A stretch of DNA of 64,000 nucleotides, taken from assembly GCA_016290195.1 (NCBI GenBank), contig JAEETF010000016.1:12879-76878 (forward strand), given 5' to 3'. This document shows positions 27,364-36,296 of this stretch, in pieces. Source of the DNA: Bacilli bacterium (GTDB lineage: Bacteria > Bacillota_I > Bacilli_A > RF39 > UBA660). The number at the start of each line of letters is the position of its first letter. Within the stretch, counting starts at the first letter, position 1. Made by a program: the position numbers and the translations under genes. The notes beneath the pieces were generated by a model. That model had not been told where the DNA came from. It did not search any database and saw only the letters and a program-made list of their open reading frames with translations.

Positions 27364-28354
27364 AAAAGGATTTACGTTAGTAGAATTAATAGGCGTAATT
27401 GCTATATTAGGAGTACTTGCTGTATTTGCTATACCAGCTCTTACTAAAACTCTTAAAAAAAGCTCTGATAAAGAATATGAAGAGTTTGTTAAAAATATAA
27501 CACTTGCAGCCGAAAATTATTTTCATAGTGAGACAGATGGTAAAATAATGACTAATTCTAAAAAATTTATTAAAGTACAGGATTTAAAAGATGCAGGATA
27601 TTTAAAAAATAATGTTAATCCACTCACTAATACTAATGTATCTAATGATGCCACAGTAATAATTACTAAAAATACAGATGGTGTCGAAAAGTATGAATTT
27701 GTTGATAAAGATGTAACAATTTATGGTTATGTATCTGGAAAAGATATTCATTATGACGGTTATACTGAACCACAAAATGGATATCTAATAGATTTAACTT
27801 CTAACCATAATAATGCTGAAATGAATAACGTAACTTGGAATAATAGTTTTTATAATTTTAATGGAAATTCATATGCAAAATTTAATTCTATTAATACATT
27901 GCCAGCATCTTATTCTTTAGTTATTAAAGCGCCATATCAAGAATCTAATGTTGTGTTTGGTGATATAAATACTAATGCAGCATTTGGTTTCTATAGCTTA
28001 GATAATAAAATGTATGGCATCGCAAGTTCTGGAACTGTTCAATCTGCAAAATATAAAATGTTTGATTTGACTAATTATCCTTTTGATCAAATTACAAGTA
28101 TCCAACTTGTTTATACTTCAAGTAATATAGAACTTTATATTAACGGAAAATCAGTAACAAGTGTTAATAATATTAACTACTGGACGTGGACAGATAACTA
28201 TAGTTATTTAGGTGGAAGACCACAAAATGGAGGACTAAATTCACTATTTAGTGGAAATATATATAGTTTTATAGCTTATCATAAAGCTTTAACAACTGAT
28301 GAAATTAAACAAAATTATGAAGTAGATAAATATCGTTTTGGTGCAGGAGAGTAA
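27356..28354 (+). CDS. type IV prepilin-like protein with a C-terminal LamG/concanavalin-like jelly-roll domain
   Basis: 'MTKKG|FTLVELIGVIAILGVLA' prepilin cleavage motif (Gly-1, Phe+1, Glu+5). C-terminal '...GNIYSFIAYHKALTTDEIKQNY' resembles LamG domain ends. RBS 'gaaggtga'. Confidence 0.7.
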   Translation: MTKKGFTLVELIGVIAILGVLAVFAIPALTKTLKKSSDKEYEEFVKNITLAAENYFHSETDGKIMTNSKKFIKVQDLKDAGYLKNNVNPLTNTNVSNDATVIITKNTDGVEKYEFVDKDVTIYGYVSGKDIHYDGYTEPQNGYLIDLTSNHNNAEMNNVTWNNSFYNFNGNSYAKFNSINTLPASYSLVIKAPYQESNVVFGDINTNAAFGFYSLDNKMYGIASSGTVQSAKYKMFDLTNYPFDQITSIQLVYTSSNIELYINGKSVTSVNNINYWTWTDNYSYLGGRPQNGGLNSLFSGNIYSFIAYHKALTTDEIKQNYEVDKYRFGAGE

Positions 28355-28355
28355 T

Positions 28356-29537
28356 ATGAAAAAAACAATAAAAGATTATAATTTAAGGGGAAAAAGAGTA
28401 ATAATTCGTGTTGATTTTAATGTACCTATTAAAGATGGTATTATTACTGATGATACGCGTATTGTTGAAAGTTTAGAAACTATTAATTATGCTATAGAAA
28501 ATGGGGCTAAAGTAATTCTTATGTCTCATTTAGGACGTATAAAAGAAAAAAGTGATTTAGAAAAGAATTCTTTAAAAGCTGTTAGTGAAAGATTAAGTGA
28601 ATTATTAAATAAAAAAGTATATTTTAGTACAGTAACTAGAGGTGAAGAGTTAGAAAATTTAGTTTCTAATTTAAAAAATGGTGAAGTACTATTAATGGAA
28701 AATACTAGATATGAAGATTTAGATGATAAAAAAGAAAGTAGTAATGATATTGAACTTGGCTTATATTGGTCAAGTTTAGGTGACATATTTATTAATGATG
28801 CTTTTGGTACTAGTCATAGAGCACATGCGTCAAATGTTGGAATTGCTTCTAATTTACCTAATGGTATAGGATTTTTAATTGAAAAAGAATTAAAAATTCT
28901 TGGAAGTGCCATAAATAATCCTAAGAGACCTTTTGCAGTTATTTTAGGTGGAGCAAAAGTAAGTGATAAAATAGGGGTTATTGACAATCTTTCAAAGACT
29001 GCTGATTATATTTTAATTGGTGGAGGAATGGCTTTTACTTTCTTTAAAAGTATGGGTTATGAAATTGGAAAATCTATTTTAGATGAAGAAAGTATTGATT
29101 TTTGTAAGAATATTTTAGTAGAATATCCAGAGAAGATTATTTTACCTTCAGATGTTTTTGTGACTGAAGAAATTGAAAGTAATAGTGGTAAACTTACTTC
29201 AATTGATAATATTACTTCTAATCAAATAGGTGTTGATATTGGACCTGAAACAATAGAATTGTTTAAAAGTTATTTAGATAAATGTCAAACTATTATTTGG
29301 AATGGACCAGTAGGTATGTTTGAATATGATAGTTATGAATATGGTACAAAGAGTTTGTGTAACTATTTAGCTACTTCTAAGGCTACTACTATTATTGGTG
29401 GTGGTGATAGTGGAGCTGCTATTAATAAATTTGAATTAAAGAATCAAGTTACTCATGTATCAACTGGTGGAGGAGCTTCATTGGAGCTTTTAGAAGGAAA
29501 GAAGTTACCAGGAATTGAAGTTATAGAAGATTTATAA
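28356..29537 (+). CDS. pgk: phosphoglycerate kinase
   Basis: 'RVDFNVP', 'MSHLGRP'-like 'MSHLGRI', 'GGGASLELLEGK'. Confidence 0.9.
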   Translation: MKKTIKDYNLRGKRVIIRVDFNVPIKDGIITDDTRIVESLETINYAIENGAKVILMSHLGRIKEKSDLEKNSLKAVSERLSELLNKKVYFSTVTRGEELENLVSNLKNGEVLLMENTRYEDLDDKKESSNDIELGLYWSSLGDIFINDAFGTSHRAHASNVGIASNLPNGIGFLIEKELKILGSAINNPKRPFAVILGGAKVSDKIGVIDNLSKTADYILIGGGMAFTFFKSMGYEIGKSILDEESIDFCKNILVEYPEKIILPSDVFVTEEIESNSGKLTSIDNITSNQIGVDIGPETIELFKSYLDKCQTIIWNGPVGMFEYDSYEYGTKSLCNYLATSKATTIIGGGDSGAAINKFELKNQVTHVSTGGGASLELLEGKKLPGIEVIEDL

Positions 29538-29549
29538 AGGAAGATATAG

Positions 29550-30575
29550 ATGAAAAAGAACATGAAGAAAAAAGGAAAATCAATAATAAGTATTGTTGTA
29601 TTAATTATTGTAACAATTGCTGTATTATATTGGGAATTAAGAGATAATTATACTGAAATTATTGCAGGAATCTTGGATGCTAATAAATTATGGCTATTGG
29701 CAGCAATAGGTTGTATTGTATTATATTGGATTTTTAAAGCACATATATTTTATTCATTTACTAAAAAATTTAAATCAGACTATACATATAAAAAAGCTTT
29801 TAAACTTCAATTAGTAACTAATTTTTTTAATGGTATTACTCCTTTTTCAAGTGGAGGTCAACCATTTCAAATTTATGCATTAAAAAAACAAGGTGTTGAA
29901 CTTACAGCTGCTACTAGTATTATTATAGAAAATTTTATTGTGTATCAAATTGCTTTAGTAACACTTGGACTTATTTCAATTGTAGCTAATAGTATTTTTC
30001 ATTTTTTTGATAATGCTTCTGTATTAACTGCTTTAGTAACACTTGGATTTATTATAAATACATTAGTTATAGTTGGTTTATTTATAATAGCTTTTGCTAA
30101 AAAATTAAATAAATTTATAGTTAATAAGCTTATTAAAGTATTATCTAGAATAAGAATAGTTAAGGATGAGAAAAAAACTACAGAGAATTGGAATAATTAT
30201 ATTAATGATTTTCATGCTGGTGCAAAAGTATTAATTAATGATAAAAAATTCTTTGCAAATGCGATTTTTGATGCTTTTTTAGCATTAATATGTGAATATA
30301 TGGTTCCACTTTTTATATTCTATAGTACTGGGGATTATACTAGTGTAACTCCAATTATTGTAGTTGTTACATCAGCATATGTTATGCTTGTAGGTTCGTT
30401 TGTACCTATTCCAGGTGGAGCTGGCGGACTTGAATATGGTTTTAATAATTTCTATGGTAATTTCATTGGTGGAAGTTCTTTGGGTGTTATTATGATTTTA
30501 TGGCGTGTTGTAACATATTATTTTGGTTTAATAATTGGAGCAATTGCTGTAAATATGAAGGACAAGGAGGCATAA
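29550..30575 (+). CDS. UPF0104/lysyl-phosphatidylglycerol-synthase-TM-like flippase-type membrane protein
   Basis: 8-TM protein with short basic N-terminus; commonly paired with a GT4 glycolipid synthase as here. Confidence 0.55.
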   Translation: MKKNMKKKGKSIISIVVLIIVTIAVLYWELRDNYTEIIAGILDANKLWLLAAIGCIVLYWIFKAHIFYSFTKKFKSDYTYKKAFKLQLVTNFFNGITPFSSGGQPFQIYALKKQGVELTAATSIIIENFIVYQIALVTLGLISIVANSIFHFFDNASVLTALVTLGFIINTLVIVGLFIIAFAKKLNKFIVNKLIKVLSRIRIVKDEKKTTENWNNYINDFHAGAKVLINDKKFFANAIFDAFLALICEYMVPLFIFYSTGDYTSVTPIIVVVTSAYVMLVGSFVPIPGGAGGLEYGFNNFYGNFIGGSSLGVIMILWRVVTYYFGLIIGAIAVNMKDKEA

Positions 30576-30576
30576 A

Positions 30577-31812
30577 ATGCGTATAGGTATTTTTACAGAT
30601 ACATATCCACCATATATAAATGGTGTATCAACAAGTATTATTATGCTGGAAAATGCTTTAAAGAAACAAGGACATCAAGTATTTATTGTTACAGTAAATG
30701 ATGAAGGACATAAATATAAATATGAAAAGAATAATCATATTATTAGAGTACCTGGTATCCCGGTTGGTATTTACGATTATCGTATGACAAGTATTTATCC
30801 AATTAGAATAATAAATAAAATTAGAAAAATGAATTTAGATGTAATTCATTCACAAACTGAGTTTGGTATAGGAACATTTGCTAGAATTATTTCTAAACAA
30901 CTTAATATTCCTATAGTTCATACTTATCACACAGCTTATGAAGATTATGTGCATTATATAACGCATGGTTATTTTAATAAACCAAGTAAAAAAATAGTTG
31001 AACAAATTACTAAGTTTTATTGTGATAAAACTGTTACGGAACTTATTGTACCAACTAAAAAAATGTATAAGTTTTTTAAAACAAAATATAAATATGATCG
31101 CAATATTCATATTATTCCAACTGGAATAGAAATATCAAGGTTTTATAAAGAAAAATTTAAAGAAGAAGATACTCTTAAATTAAGAAAATCAATTGGCTTG
31201 AATAAAGATGATATTGTTATATTATTTGTCGGAAGACTTGGTCAAGAAAAGAGTATTGATGTATTGATTGAAGGACATAAAGAAATATGTAAAAAACATA
31301 AGAATGCTAAATTATTAATAATTGGTTCTGGTCCTGATGAAGAATTGTTGCAAGAATTAATAAATAAAAATAATTTACAAGATAGCGTATTAATGATAGG
31401 TAAAATTCCTTTTAATGAAATGCCTAAATATTATAGACTTGCAAATATATTTGCTACTGCTTCTCGAACAGAAACTCAAGGACTTACAGTAATTGAAGCC
31501 ATGGCTGCTTCTATTCCAGTAGTAGCTGCTTTAGATGATAGTTTTTCAGAAATAGTTGTTAATGATTTAAATGGTTATTTGTTTAAAAATAAAAAAGAGT
31601 ATGTTAAAATTATGCTTGAATTAATACCAGATAGAAATAAAATAGAATATTTAGGAACACAAGCTAGACTTTCATCAGAAAATTATTCTGATAAGTATTT
31701 TGCTGAACATGTTTTAGAAGTTTATAAATTGGCTATTAAAACTAGTGGTGTTAAAAATAGAACCTTTTTAGGAAGAGCAAAAGATGTAATTAAAAAAGGA
31801 TTAAAAAATTAA
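30577..31812 (+). CDS. GT4-family glycosyltransferase (glycolipid synthase-like)
   Basis: 'MRIGIFTDTYPPYINGVS', 'E..G.T..EAMA' ('ETQGLTVIEAMAASIPVV') GT4 motif. Confidence 0.8.
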   Translation: MRIGIFTDTYPPYINGVSTSIIMLENALKKQGHQVFIVTVNDEGHKYKYEKNNHIIRVPGIPVGIYDYRMTSIYPIRIINKIRKMNLDVIHSQTEFGIGTFARIISKQLNIPIVHTYHTAYEDYVHYITHGYFNKPSKKIVEQITKFYCDKTVTELIVPTKKMYKFFKTKYKYDRNIHIIPTGIEISRFYKEKFKEEDTLKLRKSIGLNKDDIVILFVGRLGQEKSIDVLIEGHKEICKKHKNAKLLIIGSGPDEELLQELINKNNLQDSVLMIGKIPFNEMPKYYRLANIFATASRTETQGLTVIEAMAASIPVVAALDDSFSEIVVNDLNGYLFKNKKEYVKIMLELIPDRNKIEYLGTQARLSSENYSDKYFAEHVLEVYKLAIKTSGVKNRTFLGRAKDVIKKGLKN

Positions 31813-31818
31813 AAAGAA

Positions 31819-31845
31819 GTTGTATTTGTTTACGACTTCTTTTTA
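31819..31845 (+). terminator. intrinsic terminator after the GT4 gene
   Basis: 'gaagttg...cgacttc' plus 'ttttt'. Confidence 0.45.
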
Positions 31846-31860
31846 TCTTTTTCGATTAAT

Positions 31861-31867
31861 TTCGACA
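31861..31867 (-). promoter_or_regulatory. Spo0A '0A box' (TGTCGAA on the - strand) ~80 nt upstream of spo0A
   Basis: Perfect 'TTCGACA' at 31861-31867; a 5/7 half-match 'TTCGATT' sits 10 nt upstream. Confidence 0.4.
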
Positions 31868-31944
31868 AAAGAAGCTATTAAATGCTATAGTAAGTATTAT
31901 TTATAAGTAGTATAATTAAAACTGTTAAAATAAAGGAGATAAAT

Positions 31945-32712
31945 ATGAAAAAAGTAAGACTTTTAGTAGTAGATGATAATAAAAATTTAGTAGATATGAT
32001 CAAAGAATATTTTAAAGAAAATAATGAAATAGAAGTTTTATATACAGCTTATGATGGGGAAGAAGGAATAGAATTAATACAAAAAGAAAAAGATAATTAT
32101 GATGTAATTATGCTCGATTTAATAATGCCTAAAAAAGATGGATTATATGTATTAGAAGAAATGAAAAAGAGAAATATTGAAAAACAAGTTATAGTAGCAA
32201 CTAGTTATAATGCTAGTGATATAATAAGAAAAGTTTCAGAAATGGGAGTTAGTTATTTTATATTAAAACCATTTGATTTAGTAGATTTAGAAAGAAGAAT
32301 AAAGGATTCAGTAACTTTGTCAAAAACCGAAGAAAAAAATATAGATTTGTACCATAATAATATTCAAGTATCAATTACAAAAGTTCTTCATGAACTTGGT
32401 ATACCATCACATATTAAAGGATATCAGTATATACGTGAGGGAATAGGAATTATATATGATAAACCAGAAACTATAGGAGGCATTACTAAAGAATTATATC
32501 CCGAATTAGCTGAAAAATTTGATACTACTGTATCTAGAGTTGAAAGAGCAATACGGCATGCGATAGAAGTTAGTTGGAATAGGGGTAGTTGGGATTTAAT
32601 GGAAGAAATATTTGGGCATAGTGTTGATATTGATAAAGCAAAACCAACTAATTCTGAATTTATTGTTACTATTGCTGATAAATTACGCCTTGAACATCAT
32701 AAAGTAAGATAA
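31945..32712 (+). CDS. spo0A: sporulation master regulator Spo0A
   Basis: Receiver domain with 'LLVVDDN', 'DVIMLDLIMP'. Spo0A_C signature 'HIKGYQYIREGI' and 'ELYPELAEKFDTTVSRVERAIRHAIEVSW'. Confidence 0.9.
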   Translation: MKKVRLLVVDDNKNLVDMIKEYFKENNEIEVLYTAYDGEEGIELIQKEKDNYDVIMLDLIMPKKDGLYVLEEMKKRNIEKQVIVATSYNASDIIRKVSEMGVSYFILKPFDLVDLERRIKDSVTLSKTEEKNIDLYHNNIQVSITKVLHELGIPSHIKGYQYIREGIGIIYDKPETIGGITKELYPELAEKFDTTVSRVERAIRHAIEVSWNRGSWDLMEEIFGHSVDIDKAKPTNSEFIVTIADKLRLEHHKVR

Positions 32713-32741
32713 AAATTATATCTTTTAATACTTTACTATTT

Positions 32742-32750
32742 ATGCTATAA
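32742..32750 (+). promoter_or_regulatory. extended -10 promoter (TGcTATAAT) for the prepilin gene
   Basis: 'tgctataat' 18 nt upstream of ATG 32768. Confidence 0.4.
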
Positions 32751-32767
32751 TTAAATTGGGTGTTGGT

Positions 32768-33130
32768 ATGAAAAAGAATAAAGGATTTACACTTATTGAG
32801 TTAATGGCTGTACTTGTTATAATTGCTTTAATAGCTATACTTGTTGCACCAATAACATCAAAAATAATAAATAGTAATCGTAATAAAATATATGATGATC
32901 AAGTACAAACAATAATTTCGTCTGCGAAAATATGGGGTGCAGAACACCCAGGAAGATTACCTGATAAAGGAGATGTAGATGTCATTATAACTATTGGTGA
33001 ATTGCGTGAAGGTGGTTATGTTGCTAAAGATTTAGCAAATCCATTAACCAATGAACCATTTGATGATGATTGTCAGGTTGTTATTTCTAATCGTAATGGT
33101 AATTTGTTATATGAATTTTTTGTAGAGTAG
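32768..33130 (+). CDS. type IV prepilin/pseudopilin-like protein (ComGC/GspG-like size)
   Basis: 'MKKNKG|FTLIELMAVLVIIALIAILVA'. Shares an 'ANPLTN' block with the longer prepilin at 27356. Confidence 0.7.
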   Translation: MKKNKGFTLIELMAVLVIIALIAILVAPITSKIINSNRNKIYDDQVQTIISSAKIWGAEHPGRLPDKGDVDVIITIGELREGGYVAKDLANPLTNEPFDDDCQVVISNRNGNLLYEFFVE

Positions 33131-33137
33131 GTGACTT

Positions 33138-33485
33138 ATGAGTATAAAAATTGAAAGATTAAATAGTAGCTTTGTTAAGGAGCTTAGTTATATAATTGCA
33201 ACTGAAACAAAGGATAAAGATATTAAGAATGCTTGTATTACTGATTGCAAAGTAACTAATGATTTGAGTTTTGCTAAAGTTTATTATACTGTTTTTGATA
33301 AAGATAAAAAAAAGGAAACAGCAGAAGCACTTCGAAATGCAGCAGGATTTTTACGTACAAAACTTTGTGAACGAATAGATATTAGACATACACCAGAACT
33401 TGTATTTACTTTTGATGAATCTGTTGAATATGGTGAAAATATTGAACATATTATTCAAGAAATACATGAAAAAGATGAAAAATAA
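33138..33485 (+). CDS. second ribosome-binding factor A paralog
   Basis: Alignable along its length to the rbfA at 63465 (SSFVKELSYII... DITDCKVTNDLSFAKVYYTVF versus SSFVKEISYII... TLTGCDVTNDFSFATVYFTVL). Confidence 0.7.
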   Translation: MSIKIERLNSSFVKELSYIIATETKDKDIKNACITDCKVTNDLSFAKVYYTVFDKDKKKETAEALRNAAGFLRTKLCERIDIRHTPELVFTFDESVEYGENIEHIIQEIHEKDEK

Positions 33486-33544
33486 TTTGCTTTAAGCAAA
33501 TTTTTTTATAATTGACAATATTATAAAAAATTGATATCATGGAT

Positions 33545-33750
33545 GTAGATTTAGTGAGGAAAAATATAAAGTAATTAATTATTTGGACATATAGAAAATT
33601 AGTGTTTGATGGAAACTAATCAATAATAATTAATGAATTACCTATTTGGAGCTAAAACGTATTTCTGCGTTAAAGAATTAAGTGCATAAGATTCTTATGA
33701 ATTAAGGTGGTACCGCGAGTTTTCGTCCTTAAATTTATAGGGATTTTTTT
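33545..33750 (+). ncRNA. T-box riboswitch leader
   Basis: Stem I base 'AGTGAGGA'. Conserved T-box sequence 'AAGGTGGTACCGCG' at 33704-33717, followed by a weak hairpin and a long U-run before the HAD-deoC-tyrS operon. Confidence 0.55.
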
Positions 33751-33762
33751 TTGGAGGTACAC

Positions 33763-34398
33763 ATGAATGAAATTAAAAAAATTATATTTGATGTTGATAA
33801 TACATTAATTTATTGGAAACCAGAATATGTAGATGCATTAACTAAATCATTAAAAAAGTTCAATATAAATATTGAAACTTCAAAAGTAGATAATCTTATT
33901 GAAAATTTAGAAAATATGTTTTTAATTTTATCTAAAGAAAAAATTATCGAATGTGCAAATAAAATGTTTAATTTAAATATTAGTATGGATTTTATTAATT
34001 ATTTTTTTGAAGAACAAAAAAAATTAGCTGAAGTTGATAATGAATTAATAGAAATATTAAAATATTTAAGTAGTAAATATGAATTAATCATTTATACTAA
34101 TTATTTTCATGAAGTACAAGAAGGAAGACTTAAAACAGCTAAAATAGATAGATATTTTAGTAAAATATATGGTGGTGATGATATACCATTAAAACCAAAT
34201 ATTGAAGGATTTAATGCTATTATTGGTGATGATAATAAAGCTGAATATGTTATGATCGGTGATAGTATTACTATGGATATTATGGGAGCTAAAAATGCAG
34301 GAATAAAATCAGTTTTATATGATTATAAAAATATTATAAATGAGGAAACAGATTATATAGTTATTAAAAAATTAAAAGAACTTAAAGAAATATTTTAG
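33763..34398 (+). CDS. HAD-superfamily hydrolase (nucleotidase/phosphatase-like)
   Basis: Motif I 'IIFDVDNTLIYW', motif IV 'MIGDSITMDIMGAKNAG'. Confidence 0.7.
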   Translation: MNEIKKIIFDVDNTLIYWKPEYVDALTKSLKKFNINIETSKVDNLIENLENMFLILSKEKIIECANKMFNLNISMDFINYFFEEQKKLAEVDNELIEILKYLSSKYELIIYTNYFHEVQEGRLKTAKIDRYFSKIYGGDDIPLKPNIEGFNAIIGDDNKAEYVMIGDSITMDIMGAKNAGIKSVLYDYKNIINEETDYIVIKKLKELKEIF

Positions 34399-34407
34399 GA
34401 GGTTATT

Positions 34408-35058
34408 ATGGAAGTAAATAAATATATTGATTCTACTAATTTAAATGCTTTTGCTACAAAAAGTGATATTAAAAAATTATGTGAAGATGCTATTAAATAT
34501 AAATTCGCAAGTGTTTGTGTTAATCCTTATTATGTAGGGCTTGCTAAAAAATATTTAGGAGATAATCCAGTAGATATTACTTGTGTTGTAGGTTTTCCAC
34601 TTGGAATGAATAAATCTATGACTAAAGAATATGAAGCAATTGCTGCTATTGAAGATGGTGCAAATGAAATTGATATGGTTATTAATATAGGAGCACTTAA
34701 AGATAAAAACTATGAATATGTTCAAAAAGAGATAGAAAGTATTAGAGATGCTATTGATGGAAAAATACTTAAAGTTATTATTGAAACTTGTTATTTAAAT
34801 GAAGATGAAATAATAAAGGCTACTGAAATTTGTAATAATACTTTTGTTAATTTTATAAAAACATCAACTGGTTTTGGTACTCGTGGTGCATCTATTTCTG
34901 ATTTAGAAACAATTAATAAATATAAAAGTGAAATACTTGAAATAAAAGCAAGTGGTGGTATTAAAACTTTTGATGATGTTGCAAATTTCATTGAAGCAGG
35001 TGCAACGCGTATTGGTACATCACATGCTGAAGAAATAATGAATGTGGAGGAAAAATAA
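34408..35058 (+). CDS. deoC: deoxyribose-phosphate aldolase
   Basis: 'ASVCVNPYYV', Schiff-base Lys in 'FIKTSTGF', 'IKASGGI'. Confidence 0.9.
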   Translation: MEVNKYIDSTNLNAFATKSDIKKLCEDAIKYKFASVCVNPYYVGLAKKYLGDNPVDITCVVGFPLGMNKSMTKEYEAIAAIEDGANEIDMVINIGALKDKNYEYVQKEIESIRDAIDGKILKVIIETCYLNEDEIIKATEICNNTFVNFIKTSTGFGTRGASISDLETINKYKSEILEIKASGGIKTFDDVANFIEAGATRIGTSHAEEIMNVEEK

Positions 35059-35059
35059 T

Positions 35060-36295
35060 ATGAAATTATATGATGAATTAAAATGGAGAGGCTTAATTAA
35101 AGATGAAGCTGGAGAAGATTTAGAAGAAAAATTAAATAATGGTGGATTAACTTTTTATATTGGTGCTGATCCAACTGCAGAAAGTTTACATATAGGACAG
35201 TTTCCTACATTTTTAGTTGCTGAAAGACTTAGAAGAGCAGGACATAAACCAATCATTTTAGTTGGAGGAGCAACAGGACGTGTAGGTGATCCTAGAGGTA
35301 CTGGTGAAAGAGAAAAATCAGATGTTAAAGTAGTTGATAGTAATTTTGAAAAAATAAAAAAACAAATGAAAAAATTATTTGGAGAAGATACTTTAGTAAT
35401 TAATAATTATGATTGGTTTAAAAATTATAATTATATTGATTTTTTAAGAGATATTGGTAAATACATTAATGTAGCTTATATGATTAATAAAGATTTAGTA
35501 AAAAGACAAATGGAAGTTGGTATTTCTTATGCTGAATTTTCATATATGCTTATGCAAGGCTATGATTTCAAATATATATTTGAAAACTATGGCGCAACTC
35601 TTCAATTTGGTGGTTCTGATCAATGGGGAAATTTAACTACTGGTATTGAATTAATTAGAAAACTAAATAATCAAGAAGTATATGCTTTCTCAGTACCATT
35701 AATTGTTGATTCAACTGGTAAAAAATTAGGTAAAAGTTATGGAAATGCTTTATGGCTTGATCAAAACAAAACATCAAGTTATGAAATGTATCAATATGTT
35801 TTAAATTTTGAAGATGTAATGATGGATGAATATTTAAGAAAATATACATTTTTAACTAAAGAAGAAATAGAAGATATAATGGAAAAACATAATAAAGAGC
35901 CACATCTTAGACTTGCACAAAAAACACTTGCTAAAGAAATTATTACATTTATTCATGATGCTGAAAGTTATGAATCTGCTGTTAAAATAAGTGAGGCTTT
36001 ATTTAGTGGCAATATAAAAGATTTAAAAGAAAAAGAATTAATGGATGCCATGAGTGGTGTTGAAACATATAAATTAAATAGTGGTGAAAATGTAGTTGAT
36101 ATGCTTGTTAATACTGGTATTACATCTAGTAAACGTGAAGCTAGAGAATTCATAAGTAGTGGGTCTATTACTATTAATGGTGATAAAGTTACAGATTTAG
36201 ATATGATTATTGATAAAAATCTTGCTTTATATAATAAATATGTTGTTATTCGTAAAGGTAAAAAGAAATATTATTTAGGTAAATTCGAGGATTAA
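35060..36295 (+). CDS. tyrS: tyrosyl-tRNA synthetase
   Basis: 'GADPTAESLHIGQF' (HIGH), 'KLGKS' (KMSKS variant), C-terminal S4 domain. RBS 'ggagga'. Confidence 0.9.
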   Translation: MKLYDELKWRGLIKDEAGEDLEEKLNNGGLTFYIGADPTAESLHIGQFPTFLVAERLRRAGHKPIILVGGATGRVGDPRGTGEREKSDVKVVDSNFEKIKKQMKKLFGEDTLVINNYDWFKNYNYIDFLRDIGKYINVAYMINKDLVKRQMEVGISYAEFSYMLMQGYDFKYIFENYGATLQFGGSDQWGNLTTGIELIRKLNNQEVYAFSVPLIVDSTGKKLGKSYGNALWLDQNKTSSYEMYQYVLNFEDVMMDEYLRKYTFLTKEEIEDIMEKHNKEPHLRLAQKTLAKEIITFIHDAESYESAVKISEALFSGNIKDLKEKELMDAMSGVETYKLNSGENVVDMLVNTGITSSKREAREFISSGSITINGDKVTDLDMIIDKNLALYNKYVVIRKGKKKYYLGKFED

Positions 36296-36296
36296 T

